A stretch of DNA of 64,000 bases. Source: a virus (lineage: Duplodnaviria > Caudoviricetes). Within the stretch, counting starts at the first letter, position 1, and each line of letters opens with the position of its first letter. The position numbers were made by a program, and so were the translations under genes. Under the pieces are notes generated by a model. The model was given only the letters and a program-made list of their open reading frames with translations, was not told the DNA's origin and did not search any database. Below are positions 33,922 through 42,845 of the stretch, one piece after another. The stretch covers positions 1 to 64,000 of the IMG/VR virus record IMGVR_UViG_3300025018_000137. One strand, 5' to 3'.

Positions 33922-33950
33922 ATTATCCCTTGTATGGCTTTTTTAGTCAA
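33922..33950 (-). promoter_or_regulatory. Sigma70 promoter TTGACT-17-GATAAT
   Basis: ttgactaaaaaagccatacaagggataat, directly after the lysis terminator. Confidence 0.75.
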
Positions 33951-33959
33951 GCCCTTTAC

Positions 33960-33985
33960 AAAAAAAAGCCGCCCCGAAGGGCGGC
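33960..33985 (-). terminator. Rho-independent terminator (UUCG loop)
   Basis: GCCGCCC-TTCG-GGGCGGC-T8, ending the late operon. Confidence 0.92.
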
Positions 33986-34004
33986 CCCATTTCCTACCTC
34001 AGCA

Positions 34005-34682
34005 CTACTTCTTGCTGCTCAACCATTCTGCTGCTCCGGTCAGCAACCCTTTGGGGGGCTCCTTGCCGGCAGCAATCGGCTTGTCATGTGTGCTGCGCGA
34101 ACGTACATGCACGCCCACCACACCAACCGCCAAGGTCATCGATCCGGAGGTATAGGCCATTGCTTCTGCGATTGCGCCGCCGACCGCCTTCATCAGCGCG
34201 GCCACATCCAGCACTTCTGCGGGGGTAATGCCTCCATCGGCCACCGCGCCCAGACCTACGAGCCCGGTGCCGATAACCGCGAGCATCGTCAGCCATACCT
34301 GCGAAGCCAAAGTATAGATGATGGTACGTACGACTTTCGGGCGAGTCCTGCGCACGTACTGGTCGGCGCTATCCAGCTCTGTGCGGTTTGTCTCGCCCCG
34401 CTGGCGCAAGTCTTCCCGAAGAGTTTCATTCTCCTCGGCAGTAACCTGAGCGGCAATCCGGGCCAGCTCTACCTCTCTGTCCGCCTCGATCTGGCGAACC
34501 CGCACCATGTCTTCGGGGTGCGCGTCGAGATGGGCTTCGATGGTGTCTTCGTCGGCGGGCAACCCGAGACCTTCCCCCAGCATCTGCAGCGCTTTGACTC
34601 CTACCCCTACCGGACCCCCGGCGAGTGCGGCACCGAAAAGCTCGGCCCCGCCCTTCAGGAGTTTCTTCGCAAGACTGGACAT
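34005..34682 (-). CDS. Holin, 3-TM gene-transfer-agent-holin-like
   Basis: AALAGGPVG..LG..TIEAHL..PEDMVRVRQIE..YVRRTRP followed by hydrophobic segments. Follows the endolysin candidate. Confidence 0.7.
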   Translation of the reverse strand: MSSLAKKLLKGGAELFGAALAGGPVGVGVKALQMLGEGLGLPADEDTIEAHLDAHPEDMVRVRQIEADREVELARIAAQVTAEENETLREDLRQRGETNRTELDSADQYVRRTRPKVVRTIIYTLASQVWLTMLAVIGTGLVGLGAVADGGITPAEVLDVAALMKAVGGAIAEAMAYTSGSMTLAVGVVGVHVRSRSTHDKPIAAGKEPPKGLLTGAAEWLSSKK

Positions 34683-34691
34683 AGGCTACTC

Positions 34692-35138
34692 CTAGCTGAG
34701 ACGGTTGTAAGCTATCTTCTTCCAGCGAATCTCCAACTCCCACGGCTCTTCGAGGTTGAAGTATTCGATCATCCTTCGTATGGCCTGCGCCGAGTGGGTC
34801 ACCGCCCACTGATCCCCTACCACGCCCAAGAACCTGCCGGGGGCGATGCAGCCTTGAAGCTCCGACGCCCGGTTCGCAGAGTGGATGAGGCAGGAGAATC
34901 TTCGGGAGGTCGGCTCTTCCCAATGGGTCACGCCAAGCGGTTCGCTCACGATGGCCCAAGGCCCCTTCCCTGCGTGCGGCACCATCGTGTATATGCCTTC
35001 TGGCACACAACTGACGTACTTCTCGTTGTTCTTCCATTCCTGCTCGACGGTGTACAGAGCCTCGTTGCCGAACTCCAACTGACCGAAAGTTCCGCAGCCG
35101 GGAACCGATCCGAAACGGGTAAGGGATGCGGTCTTCAT
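34692..35138 (-). CDS. DUF5675-family protein (L,D-transpeptidase-like endolysin candidate)
   Basis: Start revised to MKTAS (35138). TFGQL..YTVE..WKNN...SCVPEG.Y..CLIHSANRASELQGCIAPG. Confidence 0.78.
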   Translation of the reverse strand: MKTASLTRFGSVPGCGTFGQLEFGNEALYTVEQEWKNNEKYVSCVPEGIYTMVPHAGKGPWAIVSEPLGVTHWEEPTSRRFSCLIHSANRASELQGCIAPGRFLGVVGDQWAVTHSAQAIRRMIEYFNLEEPWELEIRWKKIAYNRLS

Positions 35139-35149
35139 TTGGCTCTCCA

Positions 35150-35165
35150 GTGAAAACGATTTCAA
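35150..35165. promoter_or_regulatory. Palindromic motif copy GTGAAAACGATTTCAA
   Basis: Exact core, immediately 5' of the DUF5675 SD (GGAG). Overlaps the upstream stop. Confidence 0.75.
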
Positions 35166-35389
35166 ACTTCGTATCTGCCGCCTGCCGGGCGAGGGCGTCT
35201 CCGCCCCACTATCGACCCCTCCTTGACTCGAACCAGATCGCCGGGTCGGTACGTCGCCCCGTTCGCGAGAAACACAGAAACGCCGTTACGCATACGCACG
35301 GATACTCTCTGTCCGTCGGCGGCGACTACGGTGCCTTGTTGGCTGGTCGAAGACCCTAGCAGAGCTTTCAGAATTTGCGGTCTGTTCAT
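35162..35389 (-). CDS. Small tail-tip-associated hypothetical protein
   Basis: Start 35389. GTVVAADG..V.V..G..V..GS OB-like pattern. Confidence 0.65.
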   Translation of the reverse strand: MNRPQILKALLGSSTSQQGTVVAADGQRVSVRMRNGVSVFLANGATYRPGDLVRVKEGSIVGRRRPRPAGGRYEV

Positions 35390-35390
35390 G

Positions 35391-35699
35391 TCACACCGGA
35401 ACAAGCAGGGTTATATTCAGGTACGCGGCCGGGGGCTTGAGATCGACGTACGCAGAGATCGACTCTATCTTGCCTCTGGCCAGCTCCCCGGTCAACAGGT
35501 CGTCGAACTCTACTAACTGCCCTAGTTCCACTCCCGACTGGTAGGGTATGCGTATGTTCTTCGTCAGTACGTTGGTCGATGCCTCGTCCAGCGCGGTAGC
35601 TCCGCGAGCAAGGGCCACGGACAGTTCCGAGAGAAGAGGCTCAAGTATGTCCTCGCCCGGTTTGGTTCCCGGGCCGCGAACCACAAGGATATCCGTCAT
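35391..35699 (-). CDS. Tail-tip hypothetical protein (102 aa)
   Basis: ATGA-type overlap within the tail operon. Confidence 0.65.
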   Translation of the reverse strand: MTDILVVRGPGTKPGEDILEPLLSELSVALARGATALDEASTNVLTKNIRIPYQSGVELGQLVEFDDLLTGELARGKIESISAYVDLKPPAAYLNITLLVPV

Positions 35700-36241
35700 G
35701 TTGCCAGCCCCGTGAACTGCACCGCAATCTGGTACTCCTCCTGCCCGACAAGAAGAGTATTCGTCAGCTTGTAGGCGATCGCCGAGGAGTTGTACTCCAA
35801 CAGCCCTACGCCCACATACGGTGCGACGAGCGTCGGGCCGCTACTGACCCTCAGCTTGCTGTCGTTCAGCCGAATGACATTCCCGAGGTTGTTGCCCAGC
35901 CATGTGAAGTCGAACAGTCCACCGGCATAGTTTAGCGGCTTCTGGACTGTCGCCTCGTAAACATTCGAGAACACCAAGAACTCGCTCTGGTCTACAACCT
36001 GAGTCGGGATGCTGTTATCCCGAAACACCGTACCGTGCGACGCGATCACCGAGGAGATGGACACGTTGCCCGAGATGTAGGCGAGGATGTAAACGTCTTC
36101 ACCGGGACTGAATGTAGTCTTGCCTTTGTTCAGTCCTGTATCTCTTCCGTCGATTTCGGCGATCAGTACGTCCCCGCTGGTGTCCGAGCCCTGCCCGAAC
36201 CCCACGACCAATGTTTGGGTTATGACCCGTGGGTCGGCCAT
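35696..36241 (-). CDS. Tail-tip hypothetical protein (181 aa)
   Basis: Start revised to MADPRV (36241), TGATG overlap. Confidence 0.65.
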   Translation of the reverse strand: MADPRVITQTLVVGFGQGSDTSGDVLIAEIDGRDTGLNKGKTTFSPGEDVYILAYISGNVSISSVIASHGTVFRDNSIPTQVVDQSEFLVFSNVYEATVQKPLNYAGGLFDFTWLGNNLGNVIRLNDSKLRVSSGPTLVAPYVGVGLLEYNSSAIAYKLTNTLLVGQEEYQIAVQFTGLAT

Positions 36242-38262
36242 CAGATTTCCTCCAAAATGAATTGCGCCGGAAGACCGACCGAGCTTGCCACGGCATACTG
36301 CAGGTACCTCGTATTGTACTTCAGAAGCATGAGGCCATAGCCGACCGTTGGATCGGTAGTCCGGAAAGTGGTGGCGTCCGGCTCGAACACGATTCCGCCG
36401 AGCGATTCGCTCAGCCATGTCAGAGAAGAAACCGAGTATATCGGGTAGGCCACGCTGCCCTGCCCGTTGATTACCTCGATCAACTCCCCCTCGTCATCAG
36501 AGCCTGCTTCCTCTCGGATGGAAACGACAGTCTGGTATGCCGGCGCTACCGACACCTCTCCGACCGGGCTGGTTACCTGCAGGCGCACATTGGTCCGGAA
36601 CGGAGACGGGTAGACATTGACGACGCCCGAATCAGGGACCGATTCGCTCGCGATGTACTCCAGCCGATCTTGGAAGTCCGACTCTACGTCGACAATCCGG
36701 AAGCTATCGTACACTCGACGGGGAACCAATTGCTCGGACAGCTCTAGGATGTCCTCGACTTCTGCCAGCACCAGATCGGGGGTGGCGTCATCGTAGCGGT
36801 TCGTGGCTACCGGGAACTTCTTTCGGGCCAGAAACGTGCCATCCTTCTTGGATTCGAGGACGCCGCCCGCTGCTTCCACGATCGTCCGGGCGAACACCAA
36901 AGGAGATGCTTGTTCCGCTGCGAGGCGATACGCGGGGATTGTCCAGTCAACGATCTGCCAATCGATCGTAGTCCCGGGGATTACCGAGGATAACGCGGCC
37001 TCAGCAGCAGCTCGGGCAGTGACTGGTACCTCATACGTGACGGAGTAGGGGTCGGCCCGTGGGGTCTCGTAATCACGGGTTTTTGAGACACCCGAGATCG
37101 AAGACACCAACGAGTCTACCGCGCTCCGGACGACCTCTTTCGAGTCCACGACTAGAACGTAATCATCCCCGAATAGGCTGAGGGTGAATTCTTCCCCTTG
37201 CACGAAGTCTAGGAAGTCATCATGGTTCGCTATCTGTAGGTTCCCGATCCAGTGGACCTGATCCTCAGTTCTGGAAATCCGAACACTCCGCACGTCGATC
37301 GTACGCCCGCGCAACGTGATCTTCGGCTCCCCGGTAAGCACGAACAGCGAACTGCCGGGCATCAGCCATCGGGAAGAGAACACCGACAAGATAGGATCGA
37401 AAGCCAGCATGTCGTATCCGGCCGCAAACTCTTGAGGTATCCGGTTCGTCAGGTTGTACACCCCATCGAAAGCCGCAAAGCTCGGGCCACGAATGGGGTA
37501 CTCCACCTCGAACGACGCCTGAAGCCAGAGGCCGTACGAGGCGTCGAAGTCCGTGGACAGCTTTGCTCGTAGGTCTAGATCGTAAAGCCCGACGAACTCC
37601 GCCCCCAAACGGCCGCGTATGTTCCAGTCAGTCTCAAACTCTACCGAGAAGGTGTAACCCCATGTCGCGTCAAAACTCTGCATCGTCTCTGCCCCTAGCA
37701 GTCTGTGCGACAAAACGAATTCAGCTTGCACCGATCCGGTAGCGAGCATGTAGGTCGCGTCGAATACGCCGGACAGTATCCCGCGCACATCGTATGGTGA
37801 ATCGAAAACCCCGAGAGTACGGTTGAAGGTGTAGGACGATTCCAGTTCGGTCTGGACCAGACTCCTGAGCGAGTACGGGGCCTCGAACTCCGCCGGCACC
37901 AACCCGCGCAGGGAGTAGGGGGCCTCGAACTCCGAGAACAGCTCTAGCTTCAGGCGGTACTCTGCGTCGAACTCGGCGCTGGTACCGAGAATGAGGCGGT
38001 ACGACGCATCGAAGTCTGTGGAGACCCCGGTCAGGGACCACAGGGATGCGAACTCTTGCTGCCGAAGTGCAGGTATCTTCCAGCTAGTGAAGAACTCAGA
38101 CCGTACGGTCCCCTGCGCTAGAGCGTATCGAGCCTCGAATTCTGCCGTCAGGTTGCCGAGGACCAGCAGTTCGTAGTCAGCGACGAACGCGGCCGAAATT
38201 CTCTGGGGGATTCTACCCCCCGACTCGTTGAACCCTGCGCTGTTGAACTCGAAAAGATTCAC
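36241..38262 (-). CDS. Tail protein with about 14-aa repeats and a hub-like C-terminal domain
   Basis: Repeated xEF(D/E)AxYxL units in the N-terminal 270 aa. Located in the tail operon. Confidence 0.7.
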   Translation of the reverse strand: MNLFEFNSAGFNESGGRIPQRISAAFVADYELLVLGNLTAEFEARYALAQGTVRSEFFTSWKIPALRQQEFASLWSLTGVSTDFDASYRLILGTSAEFDAEYRLKLELFSEFEAPYSLRGLVPAEFEAPYSLRSLVQTELESSYTFNRTLGVFDSPYDVRGILSGVFDATYMLATGSVQAEFVLSHRLLGAETMQSFDATWGYTFSVEFETDWNIRGRLGAEFVGLYDLDLRAKLSTDFDASYGLWLQASFEVEYPIRGPSFAAFDGVYNLTNRIPQEFAAGYDMLAFDPILSVFSSRWLMPGSSLFVLTGEPKITLRGRTIDVRSVRISRTEDQVHWIGNLQIANHDDFLDFVQGEEFTLSLFGDDYVLVVDSKEVVRSAVDSLVSSISGVSKTRDYETPRADPYSVTYEVPVTARAAAEAALSSVIPGTTIDWQIVDWTIPAYRLAAEQASPLVFARTIVEAAGGVLESKKDGTFLARKKFPVATNRYDDATPDLVLAEVEDILELSEQLVPRRVYDSFRIVDVESDFQDRLEYIASESVPDSGVVNVYPSPFRTNVRLQVTSPVGEVSVAPAYQTVVSIREEAGSDDEGELIEVINGQGSVAYPIYSVSSLTWLSESLGGIVFEPDATTFRTTDPTVGYGLMLLKYNTRYLQYAVASSVGLPAQFILEEI

Positions 38263-38281
38263 TACTGGAGCCTACGCAGGG

Positions 38282-40153
38282 TTACTTGATCCGGCTGGTG
38301 CTAACCACGTCCTCGGACAGTTTACCATTGATGAGAACTGAATCGACATCGCTCCCAGTTGCGAAACCGATTGTCGGAGTGGGCATCTCAGGGTCTGAAC
38401 TCAGAAAGTTGAATCGGAAGTTGAACTGCCCTATGCCAGTAATGTTCGCCAACCCTGCATGTTCACTATCCAGAGGGGTGTCGGACCGCCGTGAACTGAT
38501 AGGTGCATTGTCCGTGAAATTGATTACAAATATCAAGCCATCTTGCTTCGTGCTGACCGGAGAAAATCTATTCTGTACGCTAAAGTGAATTCCGTTAGCT
38601 ATCCAACTCTCCACAAAAGCAGAATTCCACGGCGTAGTGAACGGCGTTCCTCCGGCTGCTCCAGACTCATACGGGCTGGTCTTCAGTGCTTTCGGTATCC
38701 ACAGCGAGTTTGTGTGGCCAAAAGTCCCACTGTTACCGACGAAATTCCCGTTAGTTATCCCGGGGTTCGGCTCTGGCCCTTCGGCCACTGCAGAGTAAGG
38801 GATAGGGGAGAACGTATGGATTACCTGTGTACCCCCCAGAGGGGTTTTTGCCTTCAGCGTGTGGGTGTAGGTGCCGCTTCGGCCGGACTCACGAGACCCG
38901 GAAAGGGTTTCTCGAATCTCAGACCACACGTAGAACTGGCCTTCTAGGTCTGCGTAGTGCCAAACAATGTAAGTCACATCTCTGGTGAAATCGGTGGTAA
39001 CCGTGTAGGTGTCGTAGGCATCGTCCGTGAGGGAAGCAGACAGCGACCCGATTATCGTGTCGATGTTGCCTCCGCCTGAAATTGTCAACCCCGGGGCAGA
39101 GAAAGAGTGCCCGACATCGGCAGAGAATGAGGTGTTTTCCGTGTACACGCTATTCGGGAATTTATTAGGGGCACTTGGATTGCTTATCGCGTCATTCTTG
39201 CTATCGCCAGAGGAGAAGTGGTAAGTGCCCACCTCGAAAAGACTGACCCCAGATAGATCAACCTCCAAGTGAACCAAGGTATCCCCGGCATACTGCGCGG
39301 CCAGCTTCAGGGGGGCGACGGTGGCGTACGAATCTCCAGAAGTAGTCGTAATGTCCATAGACGGCACGACGGTCCCTGCGCCAGCAAGGTCACTCCCGGT
39401 CTGGATAGCGTGATTGAAACCGAGGGTCGGTATGCCCCCTCCTATCTCTACTGCCTTGATCGCAGAAGTCTGATTTGAGTCGATTGTCCAGACGTATTCT
39501 AGGTAGGTTTCGATGCCGCCGCCAAGATTCGTGCCGCCATTGTACAGGCCCACCGCTTTGGTGCCTGATCGGTTGAAGAAGATCGGAAATTCCCAGTGTC
39601 CATCTGCGATACCCAGATCATCCACCAGCGCATGGGTCGCCCCGAACTGGGCGAATGCATTCGCAATGCCGGGGGTGAGATCGCGGACAGGCTTCTTGTA
39701 GAATCGCACGTCGGTGCCGTCGTTCGACGCGTACAGTACAAACTGGATCGTTTCAAGCGGTGCGAGCGGGTCCGGGCCGTCAGCCAAGCACATACCCGAG
39801 ATGACCTGACTACTGCCGTATCGAATACCATCAAGATAAAACCAGCGCTGCTCGAACCCGACGGGCAGTCCAGACATTCGCATAAGATGCGCGCGATCGA
39901 ACGGGTATTGCGATACCACGGAGTACCCGTAGTACCCGTTCCAGCCAAGGCGGACTCCGGAAGCATCGCGCCAGAATACATTAGCGCCAATCTCTTCCGT
40001 AGTCGCAGCGCTGGTGTTCCACGTACCGGGGGGAGTGAAGTTGGTGATCTGGCGTTCGGTGTCAGTCTCGATGACGATCTTGCCGTCCGCAGCAATCTGG
40101 AAACGAATGATCCGCCCGAACTTGTGCTGCGGTACGCTCTTGATGGCGGCCAT
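38282..40153 (-). CDS. Minor tail / receptor-binding-like protein (623 aa)
   Basis: Beta-rich, Gly/Thr/Ser-rich, within the tail operon. Confidence 0.65.
   Translation of the reverse strand: MAAIKSVPQHKFGRIIRFQIAADGKIVIETDTERQITNFTPPGTWNTSAATTEEIGANVFWRDASGVRLGWNGYYGYSVVSQYPFDRAHLMRMSGLPVGFEQRWFYLDGIRYGSSQVISGMCLADGPDPLAPLETIQFVLYASNDGTDVRFYKKPVRDLTPGIANAFAQFGATHALVDDLGIADGHWEFPIFFNRSGTKAVGLYNGGTNLGGGIETYLEYVWTIDSNQTSAIKAVEIGGGIPTLGFNHAIQTGSDLAGAGTVVPSMDITTTSGDSYATVAPLKLAAQYAGDTLVHLEVDLSGVSLFEVGTYHFSSGDSKNDAISNPSAPNKFPNSVYTENTSFSADVGHSFSAPGLTISGGGNIDTIIGSLSASLTDDAYDTYTVTTDFTRDVTYIVWHYADLEGQFYVWSEIRETLSGSRESGRSGTYTHTLKAKTPLGGTQVIHTFSPIPYSAVAEGPEPNPGITNGNFVGNSGTFGHTNSLWIPKALKTSPYESGAAGGTPFTTPWNSAFVESWIANGIHFSVQNRFSPVSTKQDGLIFVINFTDNAPISSRRSDTPLDSEHAGLANITGIGQFNFRFNFLSSDPEMPTPTIGFATGSDVDSVLINGKLSEDVVSTSRIK
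38514..38529. promoter_or_regulatory. Palindromic motif, one-mismatch copy GTGAAATTGATTACAA
   Basis: Inside a tail gene. Confidence 0.45.
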
Positions 40154-40154
40154 A

Positions 40155-41153
40155 TCAGAGCCCCGGGATGTTGCCGAAGCGCGTCCGTATGTCAGACTTG
40201 ATGACGTTCAGATCGAGCCGGCTGTAGGAGTCATGAAACTCCGTGTTCAGGAACGACGTGGCGTCGGCGAACGTCGCGGTAAGATCGGGTACGAACCCGG
40301 GCGCAGGGCCTTGCTCAACGGTGAAGTCCCTAGTATCCATGACTACATGACCCAGCGACCCATTCTGGACACTGCCAATCTCGTGGACTCGTTCATACTC
40401 CACGTAGGTCGAGGACATCGTGGGTGCCCCGCCCCCATACGTCCCGCCAGAGTCGAAAGTGGGGTGCCTCTCCCACGCGCCGTTTTCATTCACCTGAACG
40501 ACGGAGGTTACCCGATACAGCTCCTTGAAGCGGATGTCCGGCTCGTTCTGGCTCGACGGAGGAATGTCGATGACAGCCGAGGCCCCGTCGTACAGGGCCA
40601 ACACCATGCCGTAGTTGCGCTGTAGGTACAGACCCTGCACCGAGTTGCCGCCGGGGATGAATTCCGGGCGGTATCGGTACACACGGTACGGGGCGACGTA
40701 CGTGACCTTGATGATTCCGAAGAATGCCTTGTTCGCTTTCAATTCTGCGCGCTTGTCGGTAGAGACGAAGGACAGGCTGCCCACTGGGCCTCCGTTGGCG
40801 TCTAGCGCCTGCTCTACCGAAAAAGTCGGAGTGGTGCTGCCCCGAGGATACTGCAAGCTGGAAGTGTCGCTGCCGTTGAAGACCACGTACTCACTTCGGT
40901 TTAGGCTCAAGACTTGGTTCGTGTCCTGTACAGTTCCGCGAGTCGTGCGAATGGTAGCCTTGACGGAAGGGAACAGCCGTATAGCCCGCCAACCGAAAGT
41001 CGGCTCGATGAGTTCGAGTGCCCCCAGCCCTACAACCGGAGGCGGAATGTCATCCAGCCCGAGCGGGTCGTTGGACAGCTCCAAGGACAAGGAGAGCCCA
41101 ACACTACCCGTCTGGAACGGTACTGGTACCGTTCTTTCGAGCTTGCGCTGCAT
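40155..41153 (-). CDS. Minor tail protein (332 aa)
   Basis: Tight packing in the tail operon. Confidence 0.65.
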   Translation of the reverse strand: MQRKLERTVPVPFQTGSVGLSLSLELSNDPLGLDDIPPPVVGLGALELIEPTFGWRAIRLFPSVKATIRTTRGTVQDTNQVLSLNRSEYVVFNGSDTSSLQYPRGSTTPTFSVEQALDANGGPVGSLSFVSTDKRAELKANKAFFGIIKVTYVAPYRVYRYRPEFIPGGNSVQGLYLQRNYGMVLALYDGASAVIDIPPSSQNEPDIRFKELYRVTSVVQVNENGAWERHPTFDSGGTYGGGAPTMSSTYVEYERVHEIGSVQNGSLGHVVMDTRDFTVEQGPAPGFVPDLTATFADATSFLNTEFHDSYSRLDLNVIKSDIRTRFGNIPGL

Positions 41154-42154
41154 TACACGTTTTCGCCGTTGATGAGCAGTGAAAAGCCGTTGGACGACAG
41201 AGCGGCAGCGCCCGCAGGTACTGTGCGCTTAAACCAAAGTCCTGCGGCGGCGGGGCTGGTAGTGAACGTGATCGTGTCCCCGGCTTGGTACGTGCCACCA
41301 AACCCTGCAGAAGCCAAAGTGAAGTACGGACGAGAGAAGTCCGTGTTATTCGGGGCGAAGTCGCCCGATACCGTACCAGAGCCGAGCGAACCGAGGGTAT
41401 CGCCTGTGCAGTTGAACGCCGTAGCCGAGGTGAAAGTTAGCGTCCAGTTCTGTTCGACCCCGGCAATGCTGTCGACTATGACCGGGTTACCCGTGTCGTC
41501 ATACGTACCGGACAGTCCGCTAGTGACCACGAACGACGTGTAGGAACCGACCAGATCGCCCACCGAAATGCCAGAGGCAACAAAGGTGTTCGCGGATGAA
41601 TAACCATTGGCCAGCGCAGTCGTGAAGGTCATGGTGACAACATCGGACACCACGGAATCGATGGTGTTGATGACGAGGTATTCCTCGTTTCCCGCACCCA
41701 GTGCCGACGGCTTATCGGTGATACGCACATTCATGCCGGGCTGGAACATACCGACAAGCGCCGCGTCTTCGACCTGCACTGCGATCTGCGTGACTGCCGA
41801 CAGTACCGTAGCGTTCAGGTTGCCGACGCCGTAGATTTGTTCGGACCCGAGGATATCGCCTTGCTGGTCGGTCTGGGTTGCCGCGAACATCACCGCGTAG
41901 TCATCGGCCGGAGTCGGCTTGTGCATGAACACGATCGTGTTGAACAGCGTTTCATTCGCCGAGTTGTCCACTTTGATGAACGCTTTGCGGTGCTTGACGC
42001 TGCCCGCCGTACGTTCCGCTTGGGAAACGTCAGGGAAGATGTTCCCGGAAGCGCCCGAAGTCTTGGCGGTACCAGTCAGCCTGCCGCCGTTCGTGCTGGT
42101 GTCGTTGTTCGCTGCGGGGTTGTAGACTTTGATTTCGCCAGCAAGAATGGCCAT
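41153..42154 (-). CDS. Minor tail protein (333 aa), resembling chi/BcepNazgul-type tail-tip proteins
   Basis: NDTSTNGGRL...NIFPDVSQAERTAG...RKAF N-terminus (family resemblance recalled, not searched). Confidence 0.65.
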   Translation of the reverse strand: MAILAGEIKVYNPAANNDTSTNGGRLTGTAKTSGASGNIFPDVSQAERTAGSVKHRKAFIKVDNSANETLFNTIVFMHKPTPADDYAVMFAATQTDQQGDILGSEQIYGVGNLNATVLSAVTQIAVQVEDAALVGMFQPGMNVRITDKPSALGAGNEEYLVINTIDSVVSDVVTMTFTTALANGYSSANTFVASGISVGDLVGSYTSFVVTSGLSGTYDDTGNPVIVDSIAGVEQNWTLTFTSATAFNCTGDTLGSLGSGTVSGDFAPNNTDFSRPYFTLASAGFGGTYQAGDTITFTTSPAAAGLWFKRTVPAGAAALSSNGFSLLINGENV

Positions 42155-42166
42155 GTGAGTTCCTTT

Positions 42167-42182
42167 GTGTAATCGATTTCAA
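42167..42182. promoter_or_regulatory. Palindromic motif copy GTGTAATCGATTTCAA
   Basis: Exact core, intergenic, 13 bp upstream of ATG 42154. Confidence 0.75.
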
Positions 42183-42189
42183 TCCACGA

Positions 42190-42594
42190 TCATACCGTAA
42201 TCAGTTTGATCGTACCAATGAACCAGTCATTCGGGGCGTCGTAGCTGCCCGGGCTCTTGGCTTGCAGCGGGCTGAAAGACAAAGCGGGGGGCTCATGGTG
42301 GGCGTACCGCACCGTGTAGGTCTCTCCGTGGTAGACCAGCTCATACGCCTGATTGTCCGCCTCGGCCTGCAACAGAAGACCGTCAACCATCGTCCGGTTT
42401 AGCCAGCCTGTCTCGGCGGTGGCCTCAAGCATAATGGAGTCTCCCTGCTGCAAGGCGCGGGAGAACAGAACGATACCGCCGCCCAAGGTTCGCTCTGCGC
42501 TTTGCGCCACGCGCTGCGACTGGTACCTATTGGTCCATTGCAGGCTGTTATTGAGCGCCAGCCCCCCGAGGGTGATATCGCCTGTCTCGATCAC
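42190..42594 (-). CDS. Distal-tail-like protein (134 aa)
   Basis: Follows the tape measure region; ERTLGG.IV pattern. Confidence 0.6.
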   Translation of the reverse strand: MIETGDITLGGLALNNSLQWTNRYQSQRVAQSAERTLGGGIVLFSRALQQGDSIMLEATAETGWLNRTMVDGLLLQAEADNQAYELVYHGETYTVRYAHHEPPALSFSPLQAKSPGSYDAPNDWFIGTIKLITV

Positions 42595-42607
42595 GTCGTT
42601 CCCCTAC

Positions 42608-42844
42608 TCAGCCTTCGTACGGGCTTTTGGGCTGCGCGATGCTGCGCACCATCCGCATGAACCCATTTTCCATCTCGGTCCGGGCTATCGCCAGCTCTCG
42701 CTGGTCTATCCGCTGATCTCTGCGGAGAGTCAGCCACAGCGATGCAACCTGCTTCTCGACCGCCTTGCACTGATTGATGAGGTCGATCTCTTGGTGCCCG
42801 AAGTCTCGATACCCATCGATCTGCTTGTGCTGATTGTCTACCAT
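42608..42844 (-). CDS. acb2: Anti-CBASS protein Acb2 (cyclic nucleotide sponge)
   Basis: DNQHKQIDGYRDFGHQEIDLINQCK and RELAIARTEMENGFMRMVRSIAQP match the Acb2 N- and C-terminal signatures ([49 protein letters not shown]; recalled). Start 42844 (ATG) or 42853 (GTG). Confidence 0.9.
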   Translation of the reverse strand: MVDNQHKQIDGYRDFGHQEIDLINQCKAVEKQVASLWLTLRRDQRIDQRELAIARTEMENGFMRMVRSIAQPKSPYEG

Positions 42845-42845
42845 C

